From Eubacteriales bacterium (GTDB lineage Bacteria > Bacillota > Clostridia > Acetivibrionales > JANLFN01): DNA of 64,000 nt. The notes beneath the pieces are model-generated. The model saw nothing but the letters and a program-made list of their open reading frames with translations. It was not told where the DNA came from and made no database searches. A program made the position numbers and the translations under genes. Within the stretch, counting starts at the first letter, position 1. The number at the start of each line of letters is the position of its first letter. The stretch covers positions 11,660 to 75,659 of the forward strand of contig JANLFN010000005.1 of assembly GCA_024655885.1 (NCBI GenBank), written 5' to 3'. Of this stretch, positions 9,021 to 19,133 are shown one piece after another.

Positions 9021-11198
9021 ATGGACGATGGCTATAGCCGGCTGGTGAAAAAAATAAAAGAATATAATCCCAACTGCAATTTTACTCTTGTGGAAAAGGC
9101 GTATATGGTTTCCAAAAAGGCACACGACGGCCAGCAGCGTGTATCCGGCGATCCCTATATTATACACCCTATTGAAGTCGCCTGTATTCTGGCTGAGCTG
9201 GAATTGGACTGCACTTCCATTATCGCAGGGATTTTGCATGATACCATCGAGGATACCACCTATACCTTCGAGCAGTTGAAAGAGAACTTCAACGAGGAGA
9301 TTGCCACCCTGGTGGACGGTGTTACCAAGCTGGGAAAAATTCCATACACCACCAAGGAGGAACAGCAGGTAGAAAACCTGAGGAAAATGTTCCTCGCCAT
9401 GGCCAAGGACATTAGGGTTATTCTCATCAAATTGGCCGACAGGCTGCACAACATGAGGACTTTAAAGTACATGACCCCTGAGAAGCAGCTGGAAAAAGCC
9501 AAGGAAACCCTTGAAATTTATGCGCCCCTTGCCCACCGCTTGGGGATATCCAAAATAAAGTGGGAGCTTGAGGATATTTGCCTGAGGTACATTGACCCCA
9601 AAGGCTATTATGAGCTTGTGGATAAAATTGCGAAGAAGAGGAAGGAAAGGGAAGCGTATATCACCGAGATCATCCAGACCTTGAGTGAAAAGACCAAAGA
9701 GCTGGGGATTGAGGATGCGCATATCGACGGAAGGCCCAAGCATTTTTACAGTATTTATAAAAAGATGATAGACCAGAACAAAACCCTTGAACAGATTTAT
9801 GACCTTTTTGCGGTGAGGGTCATTGTGAGCTCGGTGAAGGACTGCTATGCGGTGCTGGGTCTGGTACACGAGCTTTACAAGCCCATTCCGGGAAGGTTTA
9901 AGGACTATATTGCCATGCCCAAGCCTAATATGTACCAATCCCTGCACACCACGTTGATAGGCCATGAGGGTTTGCCCTTTGAGGTTCAGATAAGGACCTG
10001 GGATATGCACCGGGTTGCCGAATACGGTATTGCAGCCCACTGGAAATACAAGGAGGGGTATTCGGGGAGCAAGGATATCGACAGCAAGCTGGCATGGCTG
10101 AGACAGCTGCTTGACTGGCAAAAGGACATGCGGGACGCCAAGGAGTTTATGGAGACCCTCAAAATAGATCTTTTTACCGACGAGGTTTTTGTCTTCACTC
10201 CCAAGGGTGATGTCTTAAACCTGCCCATGGGTTCCACTCCCATTGATTTTGCCTATGCAATCCACAGCGCCGTGGGCAATAAAATGATGGGCGCCAAGGT
10301 GAACGGCAAGATCGTTCCCCTTGAATATGCCCTGAAAAACGGGGATATCGTGGAGATATTGACTTCCTCCGCGGTTCACGGGCCAAGCCGGGATTGGCTG
10401 AAAATAGCGAAAAGCTCCCAGGCAAGGAATAAAATAAACCAGTGGCTGAAAAAGGAATACAGGGAAGAAAACATCATCAAGGGAAAGGAGGCTGTGGAAA
10501 GGGAACTAAAAAAACAGGGCTTTACCTTTAACCAGATATTTAAACCGGAATGGATAGAAATTATATTGAAGAAATACACCTTCAACACCCTTGACGATAT
10601 GTATGCCTCGGTAGGTTATGGGGCCATTACGGCAAATAAGGTGATTTCAAGGCTTAAGGAAGAGTTTAAGAAAACGCTTAAACCCGATGAGCTGAGCGAT
10701 TTCGAGTCTCTTACCCAGCAAAAGGTCAACCGCAAGAAGAAAAGCATCCCCGAGAGCGGTGTTGTGGTCAAAGGTATCGACAACTGCCTCGTACGGCTTT
10801 CCAGGTGCTGCAATCCCGTACCCGGCGATGAGATCATAGGATATATCACCAGGGGCAGGGGAGTTTCGGTGCACAGGAAGGATTGCACCAATGTGAGGGA
10901 CAATATCGACGGGGATACCCGGTTGATTGAAGTCAGCTGGTATACGTCGGAAAATGCCTCCTATAAGGCGGATGTGACCTTGATGGCAAACGACCGTACC
11001 GCTTTGCTTATGGAGATAACCAACGTGATCGGCGAATCCAAAATACCTTTGAAGGCTATTAATGCAAGGACCACAAAAGAACAGATAGCCATTATGAGCC
11101 TTACCCTTGAGATAACAAATACCGAGCAGCTGGAGAAGATTATCAAAAGGCTTAAAAAGGTGGACGGCGTTTTTGAAGTGTCGAGGAGCAAACAGTAA
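9021..11198 (+). CDS. relA: bifunctional (p)ppGpp synthetase/hydrolase (RelA/SpoT family)
   Basis: HD hydrolase domain (HPIEVA...LHDTIEDT), synthetase motif DYIAMPKPNMYQSLHTT, TGS (VFTPKGDV) and a C-terminal ACT domain. GGAGGG SD before ATG 9021. Confidence 0.95.
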   Translation: MDDGYSRLVKKIKEYNPNCNFTLVEKAYMVSKKAHDGQQRVSGDPYIIHPIEVACILAELELDCTSIIAGILHDTIEDTTYTFEQLKENFNEEIATLVDGVTKLGKIPYTTKEEQQVENLRKMFLAMAKDIRVILIKLADRLHNMRTLKYMTPEKQLEKAKETLEIYAPLAHRLGISKIKWELEDICLRYIDPKGYYELVDKIAKKRKEREAYITEIIQTLSEKTKELGIEDAHIDGRPKHFYSIYKKMIDQNKTLEQIYDLFAVRVIVSSVKDCYAVLGLVHELYKPIPGRFKDYIAMPKPNMYQSLHTTLIGHEGLPFEVQIRTWDMHRVAEYGIAAHWKYKEGYSGSKDIDSKLAWLRQLLDWQKDMRDAKEFMETLKIDLFTDEVFVFTPKGDVLNLPMGSTPIDFAYAIHSAVGNKMMGAKVNGKIVPLEYALKNGDIVEILTSSAVHGPSRDWLKIAKSSQARNKINQWLKKEYREENIIKGKEAVERELKKQGFTFNQIFKPEWIEIILKKYTFNTLDDMYASVGYGAITANKVISRLKEEFKKTLKPDELSDFESLTQQKVNRKKKSIPESGVVVKGIDNCLVRLSRCCNPVPGDEIIGYITRGRGVSVHRKDCTNVRDNIDGDTRLIEVSWYTSENASYKADVTLMANDRTALLMEITNVIGESKIPLKAINARTTKEQIAIMSLTLEITNTEQLEKIIKRLKKVDGVFEVSRSKQ

Positions 11199-11349
11199 AG
11201 ATAGCGCATTTAAAAAGCTGTAATGCCCCATGGGGAGACAACCGGCCCTTAGGGACATTGGAGCAACTGGAAAAATTCAGTTCTAAAGTAGGGCAACTAT
11301 AAGAAAGGTGTATCCGGTTTTTAACGAAAAATAACAGGAGTGGAAGCGA

Positions 11350-11799
11350 GTGCGTGCTGTTGTACAACGGGTAGCCAAGGCGAAAGTTTTTGCGAACGGG
11401 TGTACCGTAGGGGAAATTGCCAGGGGACTCCTGGTTTTGCTGGGAATCGGGCAGGAGGATACCCGGAAGGATGTGGAATATCTGGCCGGCAAGACCGTAG
11501 GCTTAAGGATTTTTGAAGACACAAAGGGTAAAATGAACCTGTCCCTCCAGGATATAAAAGGAGAACTGCTGGTGGTGTCCCAGTTTACACTTTACGGTGA
11601 CTGCAGGAAAGGAAAACGGCCCGGCTTTGACAGGGCGGCGAGGCCTGAAAGGGCAGAGGTGCTGTATAACGAATTTCTGGACTGCTGCCGGGGATATGGG
11701 ATAAAGGTTGAATCGGGAAGGTTTCAAACGGAAATGATGGTGGAGATACACAATCACGGACCGGTAACAATTTTGCTGGACAGTAAAAAGGAGTTTTAG
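11350..11799 (+). CDS. dtd: D-aminoacyl-tRNA deacylase
   Basis: 149 aa, MRAVVQRV...VSQFTLYGD...NHGPVT pattern. GTG start 10 nt after AGGAG. The relA-dtd order is classical. Confidence 0.93.
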   Translation: MRAVVQRVAKAKVFANGCTVGEIARGLLVLLGIGQEDTRKDVEYLAGKTVGLRIFEDTKGKMNLSLQDIKGELLVVSQFTLYGDCRKGKRPGFDRAARPERAEVLYNEFLDCCRGYGIKVESGRFQTEMMVEIHNHGPVTILLDSKKEF

Positions 11800-11823
11800 C
11801 GCGCAATTTTAGGGAGGGTGGCT

Positions 11824-12435
11824 ATGGTTTTAAAGTGTTTACCCACAGGAGTGTTTGAGTCCAACTGCTATATATTGGGAAATAACGGAGGGGGCGTTGT
11901 CATCGATGCCGGCGTGAGTCCGGAGGAAGTGGACGGCGCAGTTTCAGAAGAGGGACTGAAAATAAAGTATATCATCCTGACCCATGGGCATATTGACCAT
12001 ATTGCCTATGTCGATGAGATTAGAGACCGGCTGAAGGCAAAGGTGCTGATCCACAGGGAAGACGCAGAGGCCCTCACCGACCCCCGGCAGAATCTGTCAT
12101 CCCTGATGGGCAGCAGTTCTTCGTTTAGGGAAGCCGATGGGCTTTTGAAGGACGGGGATGTGCTGGAAGTGGGAGGAATGGAGCTTGAAATTATCCATAC
12201 TCCGGGGCATACTCCGGGTGGAATTTGCATCAAGGCAGACAAATTAATTTTTAGCGGGGATACGCTGTTCAAGGATTCCATAGGCCGTACCGACCTGGGA
12301 AACGGAAATTTCGAGGTGCTTGTCCATTCCATAAAAAGCAGGCTCATGGTGCTGGACGACACTGTGGCGGTCTATCCCGGCCATGGGGATTTTTCCACCA
12401 TCGGGCATGAAAAAAGGAATAATCCGTTTATTTAG
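11824..12435 (+). CDS. MBL-fold metallo-hydrolase
   Basis: THGHIDH metal-binding motif, HTPGHTPG and PGHG. GGGAGGG SD before ATG 11824. Confidence 0.88.
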   Translation: MVLKCLPTGVFESNCYILGNNGGGVVIDAGVSPEEVDGAVSEEGLKIKYIILTHGHIDHIAYVDEIRDRLKAKVLIHREDAEALTDPRQNLSSLMGSSSSFREADGLLKDGDVLEVGGMELEIIHTPGHTPGGICIKADKLIFSGDTLFKDSIGRTDLGNGNFEVLVHSIKSRLMVLDDTVAVYPGHGDFSTIGHEKRNNPFI

Positions 12436-12571
12436 AAATGAAACTATGAATAGCTGCAAGAATAAATTTTTACAATTGTGGAGTTCTAGCAGGGAGTGGT
12501 CCGGCTATTTTTTGCAATAAAAAAGTTTGACCGCCCGTGTTGAAGCGACGCGGGCACCAGGGGTAAATGGG

Positions 12572-14089
12572 ATGATTTATGTAAAGCTTGCAGGACATGA
12601 CTTCTTGTATGAAGTTGAGGATATCATAAGGGCTTTTTTTGATAATGAACAAGTATCAAGCACCCACTGCGAGCCTCCGGCAGGATACCGGGGGATTTTT
12701 GTGTGCAGCGGCATGTATAACGACAGGGAAGGGCTCAGGCTGAAAACGCTGATTGTATCCGACGGCATACGGCGCTACGGCAGGGAGGTCTTATTGAGGG
12801 ATTTGCCTGAGGAGGACCCAAAAAACACAGGGCATGAAAGGCGCAAACAGATCAAGCGCGAACTCCGGCGGGAATTGTACGCCGCTTTTTCCGAAATTAC
12901 GGGGAAACACCTGCCCTGGGGCACATTGACAGGAATACGCCCGGCAAAGATTGTCCATGAGATGCTGGAAAAAGGGATGGGCCGGGAAGAGGTGCAGGAA
13001 CGGCTGGTGGGGTACTATAAGATGTCTGCCAAAAAAGCCGGCCTGCTCTATGAGGTGGCGGCAACCGAAAGAAGGCTCCTGGAGAATAGGGACACCGCTG
13101 CGGCCAGCCTTTATATAGGCATCCCTTTCTGCAATTCCAGATGCCTTTACTGCTCCTTTACCTCCAATTTGATCGGTAAATATGCGGGTATGGTGGATGC
13201 GTACCTGGATGCGCTTAAAAAGGAAATCGAAGGGACTGCCCGTCTGGTAAAAAAGTATGGCTATAGGATTCAGAGCATTTATATGGGAGGGGGAACGCCG
13301 ACTTCCATTGAGGCAGGGCAGCTGGACAGCCTGCTTCAATATATTGAGGGGAGCCTTGACTTAAGTGCCGCAGTGGAATACACACTGGAGGCCGGACGCC
13401 CCGATTCCATCAATGTGGAAAAGCTGGAGGCCATTAAAAGGAGCAAAGTCAGCCGGATAAGCATAAACCCGCAGACCATGAATGATGAAACCCTGAAGCT
13501 CATCGGCAGAAATCACACCGCAGAGGATGTATTCCGCGTGTTTGAGCTTGTGAGGGAATGGGGCTTCGGCAACGTCAACATGGATACCATTGTGGGACTC
13601 CCGGGGGAGACCCCGGCCCATTTTGAAAACACTTTAAAGCAAATTGCCCTGCTTGGCCCGGAAAGCCTTACCGTCCACGCACTGGCGGTAAAAAGGGCGT
13701 CGCGGCTCAAAGAGGACAGGAAAAGCTACAGCCTGGCATCCCCGGAGGAAGCGGAAAAAATGGTGGACACGGCCTGGGAATATGCCGCTGCCTGGGGTAT
13801 GCACCCCTACTATCTCTACAGGCAGAAGAATATTCTGGGAAACATGGAAAACGTAGGATACAGCAAGCCCGGTTATGAAGGTATATACAACATGCAGATT
13901 ATGGAAGAAAGGCAGACCATCCTGGCTGTGGGGGCGGGAGCCGTCACAAAGGCGGTTTACCCGGAGGAAAACCGGATAGAAAGGGCGTTCAACGTAAAGA
14001 GCGTGGAAGAATACATCCGGCGCATCGATGAAATGGTTGAGAGAAAAAAGGCGCTGCTTGAAGGGAATGTTATTAAAAACGCACCATAA
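12572..14089 (+). CDS. hemZ: radical SAM protein, HemZ-like (coproporphyrinogen dehydrogenase family)
   Basis: About 505 aa with the N-terminal MIYVKLAGHDFLYEVEDIIRAFF module and the radical SAM cluster motif CNSRCLYCSF. ATG 12572 is preferred over the upstream track start. Confidence 0.8.
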   Translation: MIYVKLAGHDFLYEVEDIIRAFFDNEQVSSTHCEPPAGYRGIFVCSGMYNDREGLRLKTLIVSDGIRRYGREVLLRDLPEEDPKNTGHERRKQIKRELRRELYAAFSEITGKHLPWGTLTGIRPAKIVHEMLEKGMGREEVQERLVGYYKMSAKKAGLLYEVAATERRLLENRDTAAASLYIGIPFCNSRCLYCSFTSNLIGKYAGMVDAYLDALKKEIEGTARLVKKYGYRIQSIYMGGGTPTSIEAGQLDSLLQYIEGSLDLSAAVEYTLEAGRPDSINVEKLEAIKRSKVSRISINPQTMNDETLKLIGRNHTAEDVFRVFELVREWGFGNVNMDTIVGLPGETPAHFENTLKQIALLGPESLTVHALAVKRASRLKEDRKSYSLASPEEAEKMVDTAWEYAAAWGMHPYYLYRQKNILGNMENVGYSKPGYEGIYNMQIMEERQTILAVGAGAVTKAVYPEENRIERAFNVKSVEEYIRRIDEMVERKKALLEGNVIKNAP

Positions 14090-14109
14090 GGCTATAATAA
14101 AATATAATA

Positions 14110-14138
14110 TTGACAACAGAGGCAATTATATTTAGAAT
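14110..14138 (+). promoter_or_regulatory. sigma-A promoter of the hisS-aspS leader
   Basis: TTGACA (14110-14115), 17-nt spacer, TAGAAT (14133-14138). Confidence 0.55.
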
Positions 14139-14144
14139 ATAGCT

Positions 14145-14398
14145 AATGTAAATGATTGAGGCAATGAACGGGAGAAGTAGTCAATACTGCCTTCAGGGAG
14201 AAAGCGCCGTGACTGGAAGCGCTTTCAGGATAAGGTTGATGAACGAACGCCCGGGAGTCGACGGGCTGAAAGCATGGCGCATGCAAATAGGCCGGTCCGT
14301 ATGTCCAGCGTTAATGGACCAGAGTGGGCGTTATGCCTATGAGGGTGGCACCGCGGGAAGTAAGCCTCTCGTCCCTTTTTCCGGGATGAGGGGCTTTT
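14145..14398 (+). promoter_or_regulatory. T-box leader (tRNA-sensing riboswitch) with intrinsic terminator, upstream of hisS-aspS
   Basis: Stem I elements are GGGAGAAGTAG and the distal helix GAAAGCGC/GCGCTTTC (14199-14226) with a GTGACTGG loop. The conserved T-box sequence TGAGGGTGGCACCGCGG sits at 14339-14356. The terminator is a 12-bp stem (14364-14375 with 14383-14394) followed by TTTT. Confidence 0.85.
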
Positions 14399-14465
14399 AT
14401 AATGTACGGTGCGCCTGCCATTCAAGATTGGAATTGCGATACTGATACGAAGGGGAGGAAACGGC

Positions 14466-15785
14466 TTGAACGGGAATATTGTTGCTCCTTCAATACTGCC
14501 GGGCTTTATGGAGCTTTTGCCGGCGGACCAGATGCTGTTCAACAAGATGCTTGATACAATCCGGTTTACCTATGAGAAATACGGTTTTATACCCATTGAT
14601 ACGCCTATGATAGAAAAATCCGAAATACTCCTGGCCAAAAGCGGGGGTGAAACCGAAAAGCAGGTCTACAGGTTCAGCAAAGGCGATAACGACCTCTCAT
14701 TAAGGTTTGACCTTACCGTTCCCCTGGCAAGGTATGTGGCACAGCACTATAACGAGCTGACTTTTCCATTCAGGAGATACCACATAGGCAAGGTGTTCAG
14801 GGGTGAAAGGCCTCAGAAAGGGCGCTTCAGGGAATTTTACCAGTGCGACATCGACATTGTGGGCAGTGAAAGCTTGAGCGTCATCAACGATGCGGAGATT
14901 CTCAGCGTCATTTATTCAACTTTTAAAGCCCTGGGATTTCAAAGCTTTACCATCCGCATCAACAACAGGAAAATCCTAAATGGGTTTTTTTCGTGGCTGG
15001 GTGTTGAAAACAAGACGGAAGTCTTAAGGACCATAGACAAAATGGAGAAGATCGGAGAACAGAATACGGCCCGGGAGCTTGAAGCCCTGGGGCTGAGCGC
15101 GGGTGTGGCACAGGAGATCATAAGGCTTACAAAAATAAAAGGAAAAGGGGACGAAATCGTAGAAAGCCTTAAGGGGATGAAGGTTGAAAATGAGGAATTT
15201 TCTACGGGATTGGAGGAATTGTCCCAAGTTTGCAGTTATATCGGATATTTCGGCATTCCTGAGGATAATTTTTCTGTGGACCTGACCATCGCCAGGGGAC
15301 TGGACTATTATACAGGCACCGTCTACGAGACCGTATTGAACGACTACCCGTCTATTGGAAGCGTGTGCTCGGGGGGGAGATACGACAACCTGGCGCAAAA
15401 CTACACCAACAAGAAACTGCCGGGGGTAGGGATCTCTATAGGGCTGACCCGGCTTTTCTACCAGCTGAGGGAGGCAAAAATCGTGGAGCCCTACGGCAGG
15501 TCGACGCCTACAAAGCTTTTGGTAATACCCATGCCGGATGCGATGAACTATTGCCTTGATATTTCCACAAGAGCCAGGGAAAACGGGATACCCACGGAGG
15601 TGTACTTTAACGAGGGCAGGATGGGCAAGAAGCTGGCTTATGCCGATAAGCTGGGCATTCCCTTTGTGGTCGTAGTGGGGGAGGATGAGATCAAAACAGG
15701 GCTTTTCAAACTTAAGAATATGAAGACGGGCGAACAGGAAACCTTAAGCCTTGAGGAAATAATTGAAAAATTAAAACTTGTATGA
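14466..15785 (+). CDS. hisS: histidine--tRNA ligase
   Basis: Class II motifs FRGERPQKGRFREFYQCD and GGRYDNL, plus an anticodon-binding C-terminus. TTG 14466 is 7 nt after GGGGAGG and gives MNGNIVAPSILPGFMELLP. The track ORF start at 14409 lies inside the T-box terminator. Confidence 0.93.
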   Translation: MNGNIVAPSILPGFMELLPADQMLFNKMLDTIRFTYEKYGFIPIDTPMIEKSEILLAKSGGETEKQVYRFSKGDNDLSLRFDLTVPLARYVAQHYNELTFPFRRYHIGKVFRGERPQKGRFREFYQCDIDIVGSESLSVINDAEILSVIYSTFKALGFQSFTIRINNRKILNGFFSWLGVENKTEVLRTIDKMEKIGEQNTARELEALGLSAGVAQEIIRLTKIKGKGDEIVESLKGMKVENEEFSTGLEELSQVCSYIGYFGIPEDNFSVDLTIARGLDYYTGTVYETVLNDYPSIGSVCSGGRYDNLAQNYTNKKLPGVGISIGLTRLFYQLREAKIVEPYGRSTPTKLLVIPMPDAMNYCLDISTRARENGIPTEVYFNEGRMGKKLAYADKLGIPFVVVVGEDEIKTGLFKLKNMKTGEQETLSLEEIIEKLKLV

Positions 15786-15806
15786 ATTCTTATGGAGGGA
15801 ATAACG

Positions 15807-17588
15807 GTGGGAGAATCGATTTATGGCTTGAAAAGGACTCACAGGTGTGGGGAACTGGGACCGGAAAACGTCGGTGAAAAAGTTGTGGTTATGGGTTGGG
15901 CCCAGAAGAGAAGGGACCTGGGGGGAGTGATATTTGTCGACCTGAGGGACAGAAGCGGAATACTCCAGGTGGTTTTCAACAGCGCAGCAGACCGGCAGTT
16001 GTTCGAAAAGGCGGAAACCATCAGAAATGAATATGTCCTTGCCATCATAGGCGAGGTTGTAAAAAGGGACCCAGAGACGGTAAATCCTAAAATTAAGACA
16101 GGAGAAATCGAGGTTGCCGCCAGGGAGCTCAGGATATTGAGCAAGGCGGAAACTCCGCCGTTCTATATAGAGGAGGACTCGGACGTAAACGAAATTGTGC
16201 GGCTCAAATACAGGTACCTGGACTTGAGAAGGCCGGATATGCAGAAAAACCTGATGCTCAGGCACAGGGTCGCAAAAATTGCCAGGGATTATTACGACGA
16301 ATGCGGATTCCTGGAAATAGAGACTCCCATGCTCACCAAAAGCACGCCGGAAGGAGCTCGGGAATACCTTGTCCCCAGTAGGGTGCAGCCGGGGAAATTT
16401 TATGTGCTGCCCCAGTCGCCCCAGCTCTTTAAGCAGCTGCTCATGGTATCGGGCTTCGACAGGTACTTCCAGATAGTAAAATGTTTCAGGGACGAGGATT
16501 TAAGGGCGGACAGGCAGCCCGAGTTCACCCAGCTCGACCTGGAAATGTCCTTTGTCAACGTGGAGGATGTGCTGACGGTCAATGAAGGGTTTATCAAAAA
16601 AGCTTTCAAGGAAGCCCTGGGCGTAGAGCTGGAAACTCCGTTTTTAAGGCTTCCGTACCAGGAGGCCATGGACCGGTTCGGTTCGGATAAGCCGGATATG
16701 CGGTTCGGCCTGGAGCTTGTGAATTTATCGGACCTGGTTGAAAATTGCGGTTTCAAAGTATTTTCCGACGCGGTGAAAAACGGGGGCAGCGTCAGGGCCA
16801 TCAATGCCAAAGGCTGCGGAAGGATTTTCAGCAGGAGGGAAATCGACAGCCTGGTGGAATTCGTGAAGATTTACAAAGCCAAGGGAATGGCCTGGATTGT
16901 AGTTGAGGAAAACGAATTGAAGTCCGCCATTACCAAATTCTTCAGTGAGGATGAGATCAAGGCCATTCTTGACAGGGTGCAGGCGGAACCCGGGGATTTG
17001 ATATGCTTTGTGGCCGATAAGAATCAAATCGTATATGACGCCCTGGGACAGTTAAGGCTGGAGCTGGCAAGAAGGCTTAACCTGCTGAAAAAAGACGAAT
17101 ATAAATTCCTGTGGGTTACCGAGTTCCCGCTCTTCGAGTATGACGAGGAAGAAAAGCGCTGGGTTGCAAAGCACCACCCTTTCACCTCACCCATGGATGA
17201 GGATATTCAATACCTGGAATCAGACCAGGGAAAGGTGCGGGCAAAAGCCTATGATATGGTGCTGAACGGAGTTGAAATCGGAGGGGGGAGCATCCGGATA
17301 CACATACAGGAGCTTCAATCCAAAATATTCAAACTCATTGGGTTTACGGAAGAAGAGGCGTGGAACCGCTTCGGTTTCCTGCTGGAGGCATTTAAATATG
17401 GCACACCACCCCACGGAGGCATGGCTTTCGGATTTGACAGGCTTATCATGCTTATGGCCGGACAAAACAGCATAAGGGACGTAATTGCCTTCCCCAAGGT
17501 GCAGAATGCTTCCTGCCCCATGACAAACGCCCCCGACGTTGTGGGAGAAAAGCAGCTTAAGGAGCTGCACATCAAGGTGGACGTGTGA
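15807..17588 (+). CDS. aspS: aspartate--tRNA ligase
   Basis: OB-fold N-terminus, FRDEDLRADRQPEFTQLD, GGGSIRIH and GMAFGFDRL motifs. GTG 15807 is 6 nt after GGAGGG. The alternative start is ATG 15792. Confidence 0.95.
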   Translation: MGESIYGLKRTHRCGELGPENVGEKVVVMGWAQKRRDLGGVIFVDLRDRSGILQVVFNSAADRQLFEKAETIRNEYVLAIIGEVVKRDPETVNPKIKTGEIEVAARELRILSKAETPPFYIEEDSDVNEIVRLKYRYLDLRRPDMQKNLMLRHRVAKIARDYYDECGFLEIETPMLTKSTPEGAREYLVPSRVQPGKFYVLPQSPQLFKQLLMVSGFDRYFQIVKCFRDEDLRADRQPEFTQLDLEMSFVNVEDVLTVNEGFIKKAFKEALGVELETPFLRLPYQEAMDRFGSDKPDMRFGLELVNLSDLVENCGFKVFSDAVKNGGSVRAINAKGCGRIFSRREIDSLVEFVKIYKAKGMAWIVVEENELKSAITKFFSEDEIKAILDRVQAEPGDLICFVADKNQIVYDALGQLRLELARRLNLLKKDEYKFLWVTEFPLFEYDEEEKRWVAKHHPFTSPMDEDIQYLESDQGKVRAKAYDMVLNGVEIGGGSIRIHIQELQSKIFKLIGFTEEEAWNRFGFLLEAFKYGTPPHGGMAFGFDRLIMLMAGQNSIRDVIAFPKVQNASCPMTNAPDVVGEKQLKELHIKVDV

Positions 17589-17687
17589 CGGATTCGTATT
17601 GTTTGTTTTCTTCAATCTCAAATTTTTACTACAGGGGGAATAGATACGTTTTTAGATAAAGTAAAGGATCCTGTTTTAAGGGAGGTA

Positions 17688-18203
17688 TTGGACTGGGCAT
17701 TCCATATAGGGATCGCCGTGCTCATCGGTTTGTTCATTGTCAACTTTGTGGTCCAGAGGACCATAGTCAACGGGAATTCCATGCTGCCTACCCTGCAGGA
17801 CAAGAACCAGCTGCTCATCGAAAAAGTCAGCCAGAGGTTTGGCGGGCTGCACCGGGGGGATATCGTGACCATCTATGTGCCTGAGTACCTGGAGGAAGGG
17901 AAGGACTACATCATCAAAAGGGTTATCGGGATTGAAAACGATACCGTTGAGATCAAAGACGGCAAGGTTTACCTAAACGGCACGGCCCTCCAGGAGGACT
18001 ACATCAACGGAACGGTTACCCTGCCCGTCAATCCCAAGTACGACAAAATTACCGTACCCAAGGGGTATGTTTACGTGCTGGGCGACAACAGGCTGCCCAA
18101 TGCCAGCAAGGACAGCAGGACCATAGGCCCTGTCAGCCTGGACAGAGTGCGGGGCAAGGTGCTTATAAGATACTACCCCTTCAATGAGATGGGGACATTG
18201 TGA
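17688..18203 (+). CDS. lepB: signal peptidase I
   Basis: Catalytic Ser box NGNSMLPTL, Lys box IIKRVIG, and GDNRLPNASKDSR. The start is uncertain: TTG 17688 is only 2 nt after GGAGG, and the frame is open upstream to 17589. Confidence 0.88.
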   Translation: MDWAFHIGIAVLIGLFIVNFVVQRTIVNGNSMLPTLQDKNQLLIEKVSQRFGGLHRGDIVTIYVPEYLEEGKDYIIKRVIGIENDTVEIKDGKVYLNGTALQEDYINGTVTLPVNPKYDKITVPKGYVYVLGDNRLPNASKDSRTIGPVSLDRVRGKVLIRYYPFNEMGTL

Positions 18204-18217
18204 CAGGGGACGGTTCC

Positions 18218-18246
18218 TTGACACATATGCTTATAAATGGTATAAT
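18218..18246 (+). promoter_or_regulatory. sigma-A promoter for the Y1 transposase-like gene
   Basis: TTGACA (18218-18223), 17-nt spacer, TATAAT (18241-18246), immediately after the left inverted repeat. Confidence 0.5.
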
Positions 18247-18275
18247 ACTCCAAAACTAAACAGGAGGGAGATATT

Positions 18276-19133
18276 ATGCCAAGACGTATGCGAAGTTTGA
18301 GCAGCAGCAAAATATACCATGTGATGGTACGCGGCAACGAAAGAAAGAACCTATTCATGGATGAAGAAGACAAAACAAGGTATATAGAGACTTTATCCAG
18401 GGTTGCAGGGCACTCTTCAAGCGGAATTAAAACAACACGCCAAGAGTGCCCTGTTTTGCATACCAAAAAGGAAAAGGAATTTTCCTTATATGCTTACTGC
18501 TTGATGGATAACCATGTTCATCTCATTATCAACGAGGAGGAAGATGAAATATCCAGGATCATGAAAAGGATAGGAAGCAGCTATGCGTACTATTTTAATA
18601 AAAAATATAGCCGAGTGGGGCACCTGTTTCAAGACCGTTTTAAAAGCGAGGCAATAGAAAACGACAGTTATTTGCTTGCCGCAGTGAGATACATTCACAA
18701 TAACCCGGTAAGAGCATGTCTGGTGAAGCATGCTTCGGAGTATAAGTGGAGCAGTTATCATGAATATGTCAGTGAAAATAGCCTACAGAAATTATTAGAC
18801 AGGGATAAGGTTCTGGAAATGCTATCAGGGGACAGGGGAAAGGCGATAAAATTATTTGTTGAATACTCAAACCAGGAAAACAGGGACGCATTTTTAGAAG
18901 TTGTAGAGGCAGAGGATAATAAGGCGTTGAAAAGCACAGTAGAGGTTATGAAATATGTGCAAGAGTTTTTAGAAAAAAAGAATATAGGGATTATGAGACT
19001 GAATGATAAAGAGAATTTGGGTATTCGTAACGAGCTAATATACGAGCTTAAGTGCAAGTCAAACTTATCAATAAGGCAGATTGCGGAACATTTAAAGGTA
19101 AACAGGGGTGTGGTTCAGAGAGTTAAAGTGTGA
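18276..19133 (+). CDS. Y1 (HUH) transposase IS200-like / REP-associated tyrosine transposase-like protein with C-terminal HTH
   Basis: YHVMVRGNERKNLF, the HUH motif in CLMDNHVHLII, the catalytic-Tyr region AAVRYIHNNPV, and a C-terminal LSIRQIAEHLKVNRGVVQRV helix-turn-helix. Confidence 0.8.
   Translation: MPRRMRSLSSSKIYHVMVRGNERKNLFMDEEDKTRYIETLSRVAGHSSSGIKTTRQECPVLHTKKEKEFSLYAYCLMDNHVHLIINEEEDEISRIMKRIGSSYAYYFNKKYSRVGHLFQDRFKSEAIENDSYLLAAVRYIHNNPVRACLVKHASEYKWSSYHEYVSENSLQKLLDRDKVLEMLSGDRGKAIKLFVEYSNQENRDAFLEVVEAEDNKALKSTVEVMKYVQEFLEKKNIGIMRLNDKENLGIRNELIYELKCKSNLSIRQIAEHLKVNRGVVQRVKV

Noticed and set aside
14152-14445. 97-aa plus-strand ORF upstream of hisS
   Set aside because: It coincides with the T-box leader RNA, including the T-box sequence and terminator, so it is not coding.
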